Below are positions 52,501 to 64,000 of a stretch of 64,000 nt of DNA, in pieces. The stretch spans positions 865,457 to 929,456 of the forward strand of contig NW_014577079.1 in NCBI RefSeq assembly GCF_000485595.1, in the 5' to 3' direction. The DNA is from Priapulus caudatus. Taxonomy: Eukaryota. How positions within the stretch are numbered: position 1 is the first letter of the stretch; each line of letters opens with the position of its first letter. The position numbers were made by a program, and so were the translations under genes. The notes below the pieces were generated by a model. That model made no database searches and had not been told where the DNA came from. It saw only the letters and a program-made list of their open reading frames with translations.

Positions 52501-55500
52501 TTTAATGACTTCACTATATTAACATGTTATCATGGATATGCGTCGAGCGCAAGCGTAGTGGTGGTGGTGGGAGGAAGGTGGTGGGGGAGGGGGCTCTAAT
52601 AGCAAAAGCAGTTCAGTCCTTTGTTAACAGTCAACAAATCCGTGTTTACCCCTCCTCTTGAGGGTCAAAAGGTTATCAGACACTTACTCTTCGCACGTCA
52701 GCGGAAAGCACATTTCATGGTCCTTTCAATAAAGTGATAAAAATGGTACTGAATCATGAATGGCGCTGAAACAAAAATGTTTTTCACTCGGTCCGTTAGA
52801 CCATGTCCTCAGAAAATGTCTGATATCTGACCTTTCCCCCACTGCCCTTTGACCTGTGACCTCCAATTTCGCGCTGGTGATGGGTTCCCTCCCCATCACA
52901 CTATACATCGAATATTAAGAGCGTAGGTCAAGCCGTTGAGATTTGTGCCGCAATTCCGTAATTCCTCCTACACCTTAAGTTAAGGAGGGAAATATTTCCC
53001 CTCCATTGACACACCTTGACCTTTGACCATTGACCGCCAAATTCAACATTCTGATTCCTTTTCGCGATCCCCCCCGACGTCCCGAATATCAAGACCGTAC
53101 GCCGAGCGGTTAAGATTTGTGCCCAACAGTTGACGGACGCACGGACAATCATGCGATTCTACAAGCTGCATCGGACTTCGTCAGCCGAGCTAAAAATCCA
53201 AGTTAAATGTAAAAATATGAATTTAACTAGCTGCCTGCCAAAAATACTATATCTGTTTAAAAACATTTCATATTTCAGCACTTTGGATTGGTACATTTTC
53301 TTGTTAATTTGTTTAGGCTTACCTTGATGTATTACATATAATTAAGCTCCAATCCTTATATGATTAATGAATTTATGTAAACCATTATAATTAATAAACA
53401 AAAATCACAATATGAGGGCATGATGGGCCACAGTATGCCTGTTACAGTATGCGAGATATTTTTGCTTGGCATAATATATCCTATACCAGGTCTTTTTCAG
53501 CAACTGCTTGCTGCACCCTCCATTCCATCTCTTGCCGCTCATTGTCCGCACTATCGTCATCTTCCTCTGAACTCTGCTGATCTGCACCCTGATCAATGTC
53601 TTGACATGCTTTCTCCTGAGAATTATTATGAGAATTATCATTATTTATTTACAAATATTTATGCATATATTTACAAGAGCTTGTCTTTTAAATCCTTCAG
53701 AGTTTAACCACAGACTAACGTATACACAGACTGGACACTTCGTATACCCTGCTTGTTAAGCGTTTTGATGGTGCTGCCCCTGGCGAATGAAGCGGCCAAC
53801 TACTCAAAATAGCATCAGCTGGCAATCACTGCGGTTATTGCAGTGCGGGAAATTGTTCCAATTCAAGGAAGAAAAACCCAGATATAGCGTTTTTCAAGTT
53901 TCCCACAGAGCATGATAGGTACTAGATTTATCACGTGTTGCATGTTATATACGTTTGCAAATCATAAATTCGTTAGGACGGCCGTGACAGATGTAGTGAC
54001 TCACTGACTGCTGTGCACACGAACAGAGATACCTACTGTACTTATTGATTGTTTAATCATATGTAATCATAATATCAGGAGTAAGATAATATAGGTAAGA
54101 TCCTATATTATCTTACTCCTGATAATATCATATAATATATAATATATATATAATATCATATCTGATAAGATAATATAGGTAAGATCCTATATTATCTTAC
54201 TCCTGATAATATCAATGTAAACTAATTAATACAAGATACAATCTTGTGAAGCTAACAGTTAAAGGTTAGGGAAAACACTGCTGCCCTTTGTTCTGTGAAA
54301 AATACCAGTTAAAACGATATGCAATTTGTAAATAATGCACCACATCATTACATGTACATAGACTTCGGAAGTGGATGTGCAACATAAGAAGAGCCGACCT
54401 TGACGAGTTAAAAGACAGCCAATGCAAATATCTGCTAATTTGCGAGGATCATTTTGAGGCATCTAAATTTATGTGTCCAGCTGACAAGGATAAAAATCAC
54501 TGGCTGCTTTGAAATGTGATGCTGCACCTATTTAAAAATATAACTATTATTAATAAAAAAAACATTGCTTTCTCTGCTTCTCGTCGTGTGACTCATGGGT
54601 CGTTATACATGTACCAGGTTTGATTTCATGAAATATACATAAACAGAAAAATAAGTTTGAGAAATATTCACTGCTGGGCACTGAAGTATATTATTATAGC
54701 TTTGGCAATATCAAAACTAAACCAACACATGTATGCTGAATAATTTTGATAATAAAAAATTCAAACTGTCTGTATTTTACCTTATTTTCCATAATTCCTT
54801 CACCCGATCCCTTCCACCTTTATTAAAAACACAAGGGCAAGTCAAAAAATTTAAGAGGCTAAGAAAAGATGCAGTTCCATCTCTGATAGAAGTCAGTAAC
54901 CCTCCTGCGCTCCCAACCTAGAAACAAGCAAAATCGTAAATTGTCGAAGCTCCAGCACTTGTGATTAAGCTTCTTAGCAATAAATGTGATTAATGGTATT
55001 TGAGTGAAAAATATGGAAATTATATCGTCTTTTTATTTTTATTGTTTGTAGAAAAAACAAACATCTGACAAAATCCGGTCACAGACTGAGGAATAAATTA
55101 AACTACAGACTGTAGCACAGTATACCGTGTGCACATTACGCATTGTGATGTATTGTGTGTATTGTGCATTAGTCTGTGATGGGGTGTGGATGATCGTTTT
55201 GCATGTAAAAGTAAATGTATGGCCGTTTAATAGAGCAAAATCGACTTGAATACTAACATTTGACCTTCTAGATTCAGGAATGTATAATTAAACTCCAGTC
55301 CAAATATTAGAATTAACGATAGAGACATTTTAATGTTACAACGTTATACATCCACGGTCTGTCACCATAGCCAGATTTTTAGTGTACTGCTTCATTCGCT
55401 GGGCGACGCCACCATTCAATTGCTTACATTATTTTGGCGTTCTGTCCAGTCTGTGTATCCGTTAGCCTGTGGTTTAACTATGTCAATACATACAGCAGAA

Positions 55501-58289
55501 TTATCAGAACTTAGTTTTGCGATATACAGACAAACCTGCATATTTAAGGGTCACTCGATGGAATGCCAAAAATTTCCTTTATACACTAGTGTTTGCGTTA
55601 GTCTTATTGCACTACATGAAACATAAATCTACTGGCAGTTTGGCTTGCTTGAAAGTGATAGGTACACTGCCTTCTAATTTGATGTCATTGCAAGTTGAAA
55701 CTTTCAATTGGATCTATCATTGGATAAGACAATTTATAACTATCATAGTCCACCAACCTTAATCATGAAACTAAACAAATCCAACTCAAAGAACAGCATT
55801 ATCTATAAGCAAATAAAATAATAAGTAACTATATATTTCTCAACTATTTCATAGAGCTAACAGTTGTTACCCACCACATCAAACTTGTCCCATGCGCTGT
55901 AGTTGTAGGACTTGATAGGTTGTGGCTTTTCCTTCTTATTTTCGGATGATTGGGGTTTTTTACGCTTTTGCCTTTTAGCCTCGTTTCTTACTGGTGGCAA
56001 CTTCTGCACGACATAAAAATATAACTCTGTTGTATAACCACAAAACACCTGGCACCATCGCCAAATTTGCTATTTCTGTGCTGGGAGTTGGATTTTTGCT
56101 TTTAGTGAATTGCAAAGTTGAGGCATTTTTTACTGGGATCTGCGGTGCTGATCTGTCTACTTCATCAACGTTCTATCTCTCCATTTTCGATATAGTGCCT
56201 TGGACTTTCAAGACAAATCTTTATAAGGTTATGAGGAAACTTTACTTTTGTAGTATTTTAATGCAATATAACAAAATTATCTAAAAGCTGATATTGCATG
56301 ATAATTGTTTTCAGTCCACTTTACAGCTGCTTTGATTTTTGGTAGTGGTACAATGTTGGTTAGGTGTTGCAAAAGCCGGACACATAGACCCAAACAACAG
56401 TATTATCATTAAACCGTGTGCATCCACTGGCAGGCCCGTAGCCAGGGGGGGTTCGGGGGGTTCGAACGAACCCCCCCCCCACCCCCAAGCCAAAAAAAAA
56501 TTGTTTGTTGCAAATTTGGAAGAATTTCACCTCAGGTCGCTCTATTTTAGTGTAATAATTGCAAAATCTCCATCGTGCGGGAGGTAACAAGTGAAACACC
56601 CCCTCCCAGCAACCCTCCCCGGCTGCGTCCGCTTGGCTCCCCCTCCCGTCGCCTGTCGCTTCTCGCAGCCGGAAGCAAGGGCGTGTACAGGGGGCCAAGT
56701 AGTCCGCGGACGCCCCCCTTGCCACTCGCAGAAAACGCATCTGAGGATCAATTTAAAAAATTTCTGACGCGCCGCCAGACCCCTCCCTTGCGCGTGCCGC
56801 AGCTTTGGCTTACGGTTAATACCCACCTCTGGACAAATCCTGTACACGGCCCCTTGCCGGCAGCAAATTGCCAAGCATTTGAAAAAACGAACCCCACCCC
56901 CAATATAAAGCTGGCTACGGGCCTGCACTGGGGCAGTGAACACTGTTCAGAACAGTAAAATTCTTGTGCAAAAAATTTACAATAATACGCCGGCCGAAAG
57001 GATCACCGTAGTTGGTGCATGGGGGGTTTCAGAGGTGATGCAGTAGATCGTGTATGTTGGGCATATGATAGCGTAAAAACATAATCTGGTACGCTTTATT
57101 GCATAATAAATATTGCCATCGCAGGGTTCTCCCAGGAATGATAATGCACAAGCAGCGGGGGGGGGAGGGGGGAAAACTAGGGGGGTCCGGGGGCTGTATT
57201 TTTACCGTACGACGGAATTAATGCGAAAATTGGCCACCACAGCAATAACGGTATGTGGGGTTCTTGTATTATAAGAATAGCCGAGTCGTGTACTCAGTTA
57301 CTGACAGTTAACCCTTGTGTACGTCTGCAGTGCATCGTGTAGCGTAAAAAAATACACGGCGTCGGATGTCCTGGTCGAGTACGGCAATTCTTAGAGCGGT
57401 CGATCCCGCGCTGGAGCAAACTTTTATTGTGTGAATTAAACGGGAACAGGATGATATTTCAAGACGGGGCGCCAACGATTTCAAACAGGGGGAGTTTCCC
57501 AAACGGGGCGCGGCGAGGCGCCCGTTTGCGCAAAGCGTAGGGAGAACCCTGCATCTATCACCTCACTGGCTACCCTACAATTCGCAGTGCTGGGGGTTGC
57601 AGTGGAGGAGATTAGCTTAGCGCATATGCTAAAACATTGCGGGGGGTCTCAAACCATCTTGATCCCCGAAGAGCACTGGTTCAATGGTTGTTCGATTACT
57701 GATTAGGCCTACGTGGTGCAGGTTGTACTTGTAGTTGTAAGTTGTAAGTTGTACTAGTACTAGTAGTACTACTACTAGGCCAAGTTGTAACCCTCATCAC
57801 CACCATATCACCAGCAACTAATCCTACCCGTACCTTAACCTACCTTAATCCTAATCACATGTAAATCGCGGACGGCGCAGGAGCTACAATACAATACGTC
57901 AATAGTACTGCCAATGGGAAAAGAAGACTAAGTCCTAATCTATCTATAGCACCACAGCACTTGAAGCATCTTCAACCTGTAAACTACACGCCGGCGCCCA
58001 TTGCGGCAACTACTGACCCTAAATAAGAGTCTCAAGTCTCAGTCTCTATATTTATGTGTCAGTGTGCGCGCAATGGCGCCGGCGTGTGTTTACAGTTGAA
58101 ATGCTTCAAGTGCCTGTGAGGCCTACGGTATACCGGCTGTACATTAGCGAGGGGTTGCGAAGTACGTAGTTTATCATCTTTCTTTTTGACGTCCGTTTCC
58201 CACTTTTCCAATTCTCGCAGGTAGTCATTTAGTTCAAGAGAATTCTCTTTCACTTGCTGTTGGCATTCTAACATATTGAATTTCGACAT
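46574..58289 (-). CDS. RPAP3: RNA polymerase II-associated protein 3 / Spaghetti (R2TP co-chaperone), ~524 aa
   Basis: Exons 58289-58134, 56003-55875, 53615-53487, 51997-51870, 51597-51405, 51003-50851, 50580-50179, 48391-48294, 48005-47911, 46665-46574 (TGA). Motifs: QVKENSLELNDYLRELEKWETDVKKKD, LPPVRN, IKSYNYSAWDKFDV, TPR clamp (EKDLGNDLFK..ANRAMALLK..YVKAYARRG), C-domain (LPANSVQLQLDWRRLK..RFSTIAMFM). Confidence 0.93.
46717..47827. mobile_element. Tc1/mariner(pogo)-like MITE (TA TSD) with nested Harbinger-like MITE 47397-47795 (TTA TSD) and a hAT-like fragment
   Basis: ta|cagtaaaacttgcataagtcg ... cgacttacgcgagttttactg|ta; tta|agcctggcgcacatt ... aatgtgcgctgggct|tta. Confidence 0.78.
48696..50108. 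mobile_element. TTAA-flanked Kolobok-like element, copy 2, interrupted by an 802-bp foldback (48732-49533)
   Basis: Colinear with 40339-40936 apart from the insertion caggagtagataataggga ... tccctattatctactcctg. Confidence 0.87.
52290..53196 (-). mobile_element. Probable Helentron-associated element (reverse orientation)
   Basis: Minus strand starts ttttagctcggctgacgaagtccgatgcagct followed by GTCC-type repeats; aaggtcaa/tgacct motifs inside; left boundary uncertain. Confidence 0.45.
53709..55471 (+). mobile_element. Non-autonomous P-superfamily DNA transposon with a decayed spliced THAP-domain gene
   Basis: gtttaac|cacagactaacgtatacacagactggac ... gtccagtctgtgtatccgttagcctgtg|gtttaac (28-bp TIR, 7-bp TSD). 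Spliced 53809-53918 + 54362-54510 reads CSAGNCSN..FFKFP..RKW..ICEDHF; RLRKDAVPSL at ~54856-54885. Confidence 0.85.
56431..56925. mobile_element. hAT-like MITE with 6-bp TSD (CACTGG)
   Basis: cactgg|caggcccgtagccag ... ctggctacgggcctg|cactgg. Confidence 0.85.
57122..57551. mobile_element. hAT-like MITE with imperfect 5-bp TSD
   Basis: catcg|cagggttctccc ... gggagaaccctg|catct. Confidence 0.65.
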
Positions 58290-59359
58290 CCTGCAAGATT
58301 TCGCAAGAAGAGATGTAATTTCTAAAATCAAAGCAGATGAAAGTTAAAACACGTTCGTGTTGTGTTGATTCGCCCACACCGCCACCTAGTGACAGTATTT
58401 CTTAACTTTTACTTGAACGGGCAAAAATTAAAAATCGGATGTCAACAAAAATATGAAGTCAATACCCTTTCATTATTATCTAAGTACAGTGGCTTAGACA
58501 GGTTCTCAGTTAATTGTGGGGGATGATTTCGCTGTCACTTCCATCAAAAAATATACGAAGAATAATATGTGCGCCTAGCGCACACCGCGAGCGCCACAGC
58601 CACAGGCACTTGGAACGTCTCGATAAAAAAAAAAAGGTAAATAAACACGAAATGTATTTACTACCATGTGTTTCTCTACTCTCTTTTGCCTATTATTGCC
58701 GATAACTTCCTCTAAATGCCGTTCAATGGCAAAATGTCAATAAATATTGTTCACGAACTCAACAATAATTTTTAACTCCAATTTAAAACAATATAATATA
58801 GTTTCTTGGAGGCAAGACAGGCAGCTGCCTCAATAATCTGGAGAAAAATATAATAAAAATGCAAGCGTTGTGAATATCGATCATCAGGTAGTCGTCCGTG
58901 CCGCACTCGTCGCGCCACACTATACGCACGTCGACTGAATGGGGGGGGGGGGCTCTGGCTCGTTATTATTCATTGAACTGGGTCACGAAATTTCGTTTCT
59001 ATGGCATGTCTATAGTATTTGCTACATATATACTATATGATTTTGTTGAATGTATACAAATTTGCAGAATCGTAGAAATATAAGAAATACATCTCTTAGT
59101 AGAGAGCAACGAATCTCTATAGAGAATATAGTTTGGTGTAAAAAAGTGGATCCGATTGTTTTTCCTCAAATAAGTGTAAAGAGCTCAATCTTGTACACAT
59201 TTGTTTCCCATTGGCCCGTGATAGTATATTGCAGATGCGAAGTATAATCAAGAGTGGATAATAGAGTCTCTATTATCCACTCTTGGTATAATGTATGATC
59301 TCGAACAACAAGAATAAATTTATTATAATATACAGTTACAATAGATAGTACCTACTGAG

Positions 59360-61013
59360 GCTGAAGGGGTCGTTGTCGTATCAGGTTCTACAGATATGTA
59401 CCCGAAGTACGTATATGTATACACAAGTGTACCAGACCTGTATCTTCTCAGCATATAGGTACCCTGTGTTTACATAAACGTACCTGCCCCTGAGATGAAG
59501 ATCGAATGAAGACGGGCATGGAGGAAGAGTAGGGGGCAGGAGGAGGAGGCGGAGGAGGAGAGGAGAAGGTGATTGAGTAGGGGGAGGAGGAGGAGGGGAG
59601 AAGGAGGAGGAGGGGAGGAGGGAGAGGAGGAGGAGCGGAAAAAGTAATGAAGATCGAATGAAGACGGTCATGGAGGAGGAGTAGGGGCAGGAGGAGGAGG
59701 AGAAGGAGGAGGGGAGAAGGTGATAAAGTAGGGGGAGGAAGAGGACGAGGGGAGGAGGAGGAGGAGGAGGAGCGGAGAAGGTGATGGAGATGGAATAAAG
59801 ACGGTCCTGGAGGAGGAGGAGGGGAGAAGGTGTTTGAGTAGGTGGAGGAGGAGGAGGAGGAGGGGAGAAGGTGTTGGAGTAGGAGGAGGAGGAGGAGGAG
59901 GAGGAGGAGGAGGAGGAGGAGGAGGAGGGGAGACAGTGATAGATGAGCAAGAGGTGAAAAGGTGATCCTACCTATGCCCCCCTACTCTCCCTCCATCCAC
60001 TTCTCCCTCGCTCTCCTCCCCCTCCTCTCCTCCTCCCCTACTGCCTCAATTCTCCCCTCTGCCTCCTCCGTCCCTACTCTATCACCTCCCCCTCCTCCTC
60101 CTCCCCTACTCTAATCACGCTCTTCCTCTCCTCCTCCTCCTCTCCTCCTCCCCTCTTCCTCCTCTTCTTCCTCTCCCTACTCCTTCCTCCATCGAGCGTC
60201 TTCGATTTGATCTCTCCATCCACCTTCCCGCTCTCCTCCTCCCGCTCTCCTCCCTATCCATCAACCTTTTCCCCTCCTCCTGCCTCTTCCCCCTACTCCT
60301 GTCCCTTGTCCGCTCCTCCTCCCCTCCCTCCCCTACCCTCACTTCTCCCTCCTCGCTCCTCATCCTGCCCCCTTACTCCTCCCCAATCGACCGTCTCATT
60401 CGATATCACGTCCCCTTCCTCCCGCCTCCTCCTCCCCGTCATCCCCTTCGCTAGCCCCCCTACTCTTCACCTTCTCCTTCCTCCCCCTCCTCCTCTCCTC
60501 CTTCTCCTTCCTGCCTACTCCTCCGTCCATTGACCTCATTCGGATCTCATCACGCTTCCCGCTCCCCTCCTGCTACCTACTCCATTTACCTTCTAACCTT
60601 CTCCTTCTCCCCTCCTACCCTCTCCTCTTCCTCCTCCCCTCCCTCCTCCTCCTCCTCTCCTCCGGCCCCTACTCCATCACCGTTCTCCCTCCCCCCCTAT
60701 CCATCACTTCTTCCCCTCCTCCTCCTCTCTCCTCCTCCTCTCTCCTCCTCTCCGCTCTCATCTTCCTCTTCCTCTCCTCTCCTCCGTCCTCACTCCTCCT
60801 CTGCTCCTCTCTCCACACCTCCTGCCCCTACTCTTCTCTCACCTCTCATGACGTCTTCATTGCCGATCCTCTCATCTCAGGGCAGGGTACGTTATGTAAA
60901 CACAGGGTACATTATAATGCTGAGAGAGATACAGTCTGGTAACTTTGTGTATACATATACGTCTCGGGCTACATTCTAGGTAGATACCTGATAACGACAA
61001 CGACCCCTTCAGC
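59360..61013. mobile_element. 1.65-kb foldback element with mirrored GGA/TCC low-complexity interior
   Basis: ~150-bp complex arms (gctgaaggggtcgttgtcg ... cgacaacgaccccttcagc); purine-rich left half and pyrimidine-rich right half switching near 59960. Confidence 0.75.
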
Positions 61014-62384
61014 TGCCTACTCAGCTCATTTCATATGAAAAAATACCGATTGCAAGTGCCCCACTTGCCACAGGCACTTGGCCTGTTTCATAATAAAATA
61101 ATGGTAATACAATACAACTTGTCCAGTACTAGACGTACGAGTACCAGTAATAGTCTTAATGGTTTGATTTAATGTAATTAACTTCACGTTCAATACCGAT
61201 NNNNNNNNNNTCTACTCCTCACTCATCACCTTCTTCCTTCCTCCCCTTCTCCTGCCTCCTCTCTCCTCCCTCCTCCTCCTCCTCCTGCCTCCTCATGCCC
61301 CCTTACTCCTCCGTCCATGCACATTCTCGCCCTCCTCCTCCTCCAATACACCGCTGCAACACATAGCGCGCAATATATCCCGCAACGCCATCTGCACATT
61401 TTTATTAATAAATTAAATACAATATTAGTGAAATAATATAGACGCAGTGTCGCGTATCACAAGTAGTGCAGGTTTCCAACGGAATATATTCACGCTCTTA
61501 TAGAAATATTAGTAGTAATTTGTTATGTAAATGTTAATCGCATCCATTTTAAAGACGAGACTACAAATTTTCAGAACTTTTTTCTCTGGGATTTGGGGGC
61601 AGGGGAATAGCTACACCCGCTAGATCGTAGAGTAGGGATGGGATATAGGGTATGGATTAAAAGCCTAATAAATGTAAATGCCGTAAAGTACGTTTAAACC
61701 AACATGTAGTCATACGAAACGCCAAGTCTCATACACTAACCGCCTCCGTCGTCATCACTCGGCAGGATCAAGAAATTTGACGTAGGCCTATACTTGACGC
61801 TCCTTATTATACATTCTGTGACTGATCTATTACTTCTACCATGCACTCATTGCGCCAAACATCGTGACAACAAACATCAAAATCCCTCTATTCTTTTATA
61901 ATCCTCTCTCTTTTAATACAGTAAAAAAGCAATGATATTTACAAGTTTAATCGACATACTTGCTGTCGATGCTGTAACAAAAAATAGACATATGTATCTA
62001 GTTGTGTAGACATGCTACATTACGACTGTGATAGCACTTAAAGTAATCTTAAATTATTAGCCATGCATTAACCAGTTAACTAAATCTGGCTGATGGGGAT
62101 AATGCGTAAATGACACCGTGAAAGCAATAGCATGGATACCCGGGGACTCGAGATTATCCAATACTTTTCAAGGACTATCGTCAGCTGACCGAACAGTAAC
62201 CTACCTTGATATGTAGCTGGTTTTTGTTCGCTGATTCTTTATGCCACAACAACCGCATCTTTATATGCCATTAAGAACCAGACCATTTTCGCGACGAGCT
62301 TAACAAAGGGCACTTTATGATACGCATCTGCAGGCCTATTTTTTGTTGTGCCAAATACCTATACTTACACACACATAGCAAGGG

Positions 62385-62424
<40 letters not shown>

Positions 62425-63135
62425 AATTGGTGCTAGATTCCTATATTGCTAGATAGATAAGACGCACAACTGTCGTACCGACTCGTACGTTGTATAATAT
62501 AAGGCATCTAATAATAGTTAGGCCTAGTAACAAATAAGCGGTTACATTACTTGCGATTTATACTCGCTATGTCGTTAATTACAAACACCCACGCACACAC
62601 GCACACTCATACTCACACGCTCGCGCGCGCATGCATGAACACACTATCTAATAGTACATATCGCGTAAATTGAATGTGTAGTACAATTATATGTTTATAA
62701 ATGACGATATGTAGCCGATTCTACACACTGCAATGAAAAACATACACGCACATAGAAAATCATCTATATAATGCGGTTATATTATATATGTTATATATAT
62801 ATATGGCCTATGTGTTCCTCTGACCGGCCCCTCCGATTTCATAGAAAAAAATCGCAAATGCATAATAAACGTAAACCACACTTCAATATGCAATAGATAA
62901 CACGTCAAAATGGTTTGGCCAGCCCAATCTTATTCATTTTTGTTTATTTTATTAGCTTTACATTTCGTTTATATCTTGAAAATACAGAAGTTTACTTTTA
63001 CACAGTTTGTCATCACCCATTTTTTTCATTTCTGTCAATTTCATTCATTTTATATTTAATTTATGTCTTGAAAACCTAGAAGACCGTCACGTACACCACT
63101 GTCCAGATTAATATTTGCCCAGTTACGTAACCAAA

Positions 63136-63139
<4 letters not shown>

Positions 63140-63218
<79 letters not shown>
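63140..63218. repeat. (CA)n microsatellite
   Basis: Perfect dinucleotide run. Confidence 0.97.
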
Positions 63219-63220
<2 letters not shown>

Positions 63221-63419
63221 ACACCTCTCCGTATAGGAACTTGTTACGAGTTTTATTCGGTTTTTCCGTTTCTCAGGTAGGAATTTGTTTACGGTTCTGA
63301 TGTAACAATTACCGTGTATAGTAGTAGTACCCAGTGTTTCTATTCCGTTACAACCTGTCAAGCTTACCCATCGACTCACTGAACGGTAAATATTTCCCTT
63401 TTTCCAAAAATCTTGACGT

Positions 63420-63707
63420 TAGATGTCAGCGGAAGAAGCAAATAAAAGAAGACGTTGTGAAGACGGTAATAGCCGTAATTCCGCGCGGTCACCTATAATC
63501 TTTTGCTCCGGCATTCGTCTACGCCACTCAGGCGGAAACCAGTCGGCCCTAGCGACCCACTTTCTCTCCTCTTCTCAACTCTCGCTTTTCATCTGCGCTA
63601 GTAGTTTGCTGTGCGATGTATAAAAGCCGTCGTGTTAGAATGGAGGCACTTCTCGAAAAAGAACCGAGCGAAGTGCATCCGCTTTTTTTCGGCAATTTCT
63701 AAACATG
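63420..63707 (+). other. Candidate promoter and first exon of a further gene, ending in ATG immediately before a splice donor
   Basis: CpG-rich 63420-63700; aaacATG|gtacgt at 63705-63713, and GTACGT donors are used elsewhere in this window. No product can be inferred. Confidence 0.35.
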
Positions 63708-64000
63708 GTACGTAGTATATTAATGTTTTGGATGAGCATGTGCATTCTTGTGAATCGCGCTGATAATAGAGCATAATAGAGGTGTTATTATTAGTAGTAA
63801 CATAACCAAAAGAATTATCTGCTTATTATTCATTTACTTTCTGGTAACAATAACAGTGCTAGGCATGAATTACCCTGGAAAACTTGGAATATAATGATTA
63901 ATTATGAAGTAAACTTGGATACTAGTGAATAATTAGTGATCATGGTAAGCCTTTTTATTTGATCATGGTACGATTTTTATCTAATGCACAATAGTACATT

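Noticed and set aside
56049..56172. Extra RPAP3 exon (NVDEVDRSAPQIP...)
   Set aside because: Purine-rich poor acceptor, incompatible phase, and the flanking exons already join in frame.
59381..60979. Pro/Ser-rich extensin-like ORFs
   Set aside because: Translations of GGA/TCC low-complexity DNA inside a foldback element.

Overview
Intron-rich animal genomic DNA, probably a non-insect invertebrate (species not determinable from sequence), with several N gaps. Four spliced genes were rebuilt by hand with GT-AG boundaries and consistent phases: the 3' part of a class IA PI3K regulatory subunit (p85/PIK3R-like, +, 3467-9656), HBP1 (-, 35833 to ~23691), CENP-K (+, 40048-44229) and RPAP3/Spaghetti (-, 58289-46574). 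A possible first exon of a fifth gene lies at ~63.7 kb. Introns and spacers are dense with non-autonomous DNA transposons (P-, hAT-, Kolobok-, Mutator-, Harbinger-, Tc1-like and Helentron-associated), often nested, plus a LINE remnant and tandem repeats. Most notable: (1) this HBP1 has two N-terminal zinc fingers, and the first Cys of finger 1 sits in an LxCxE motif that aligns with the vertebrate Rb-binding motif; (2) a P-superfamily set comprising a decayed spliced THAP element, an 802-bp foldback, and 37/46-bp hairpins between perfect 7-bp duplications that resemble excision footprints; (3) two foldback elements with related ends, different cargo and nearly the same 9-bp flanking repeat. 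Homology calls rest on recalled protein sequences and motifs, not database searches.
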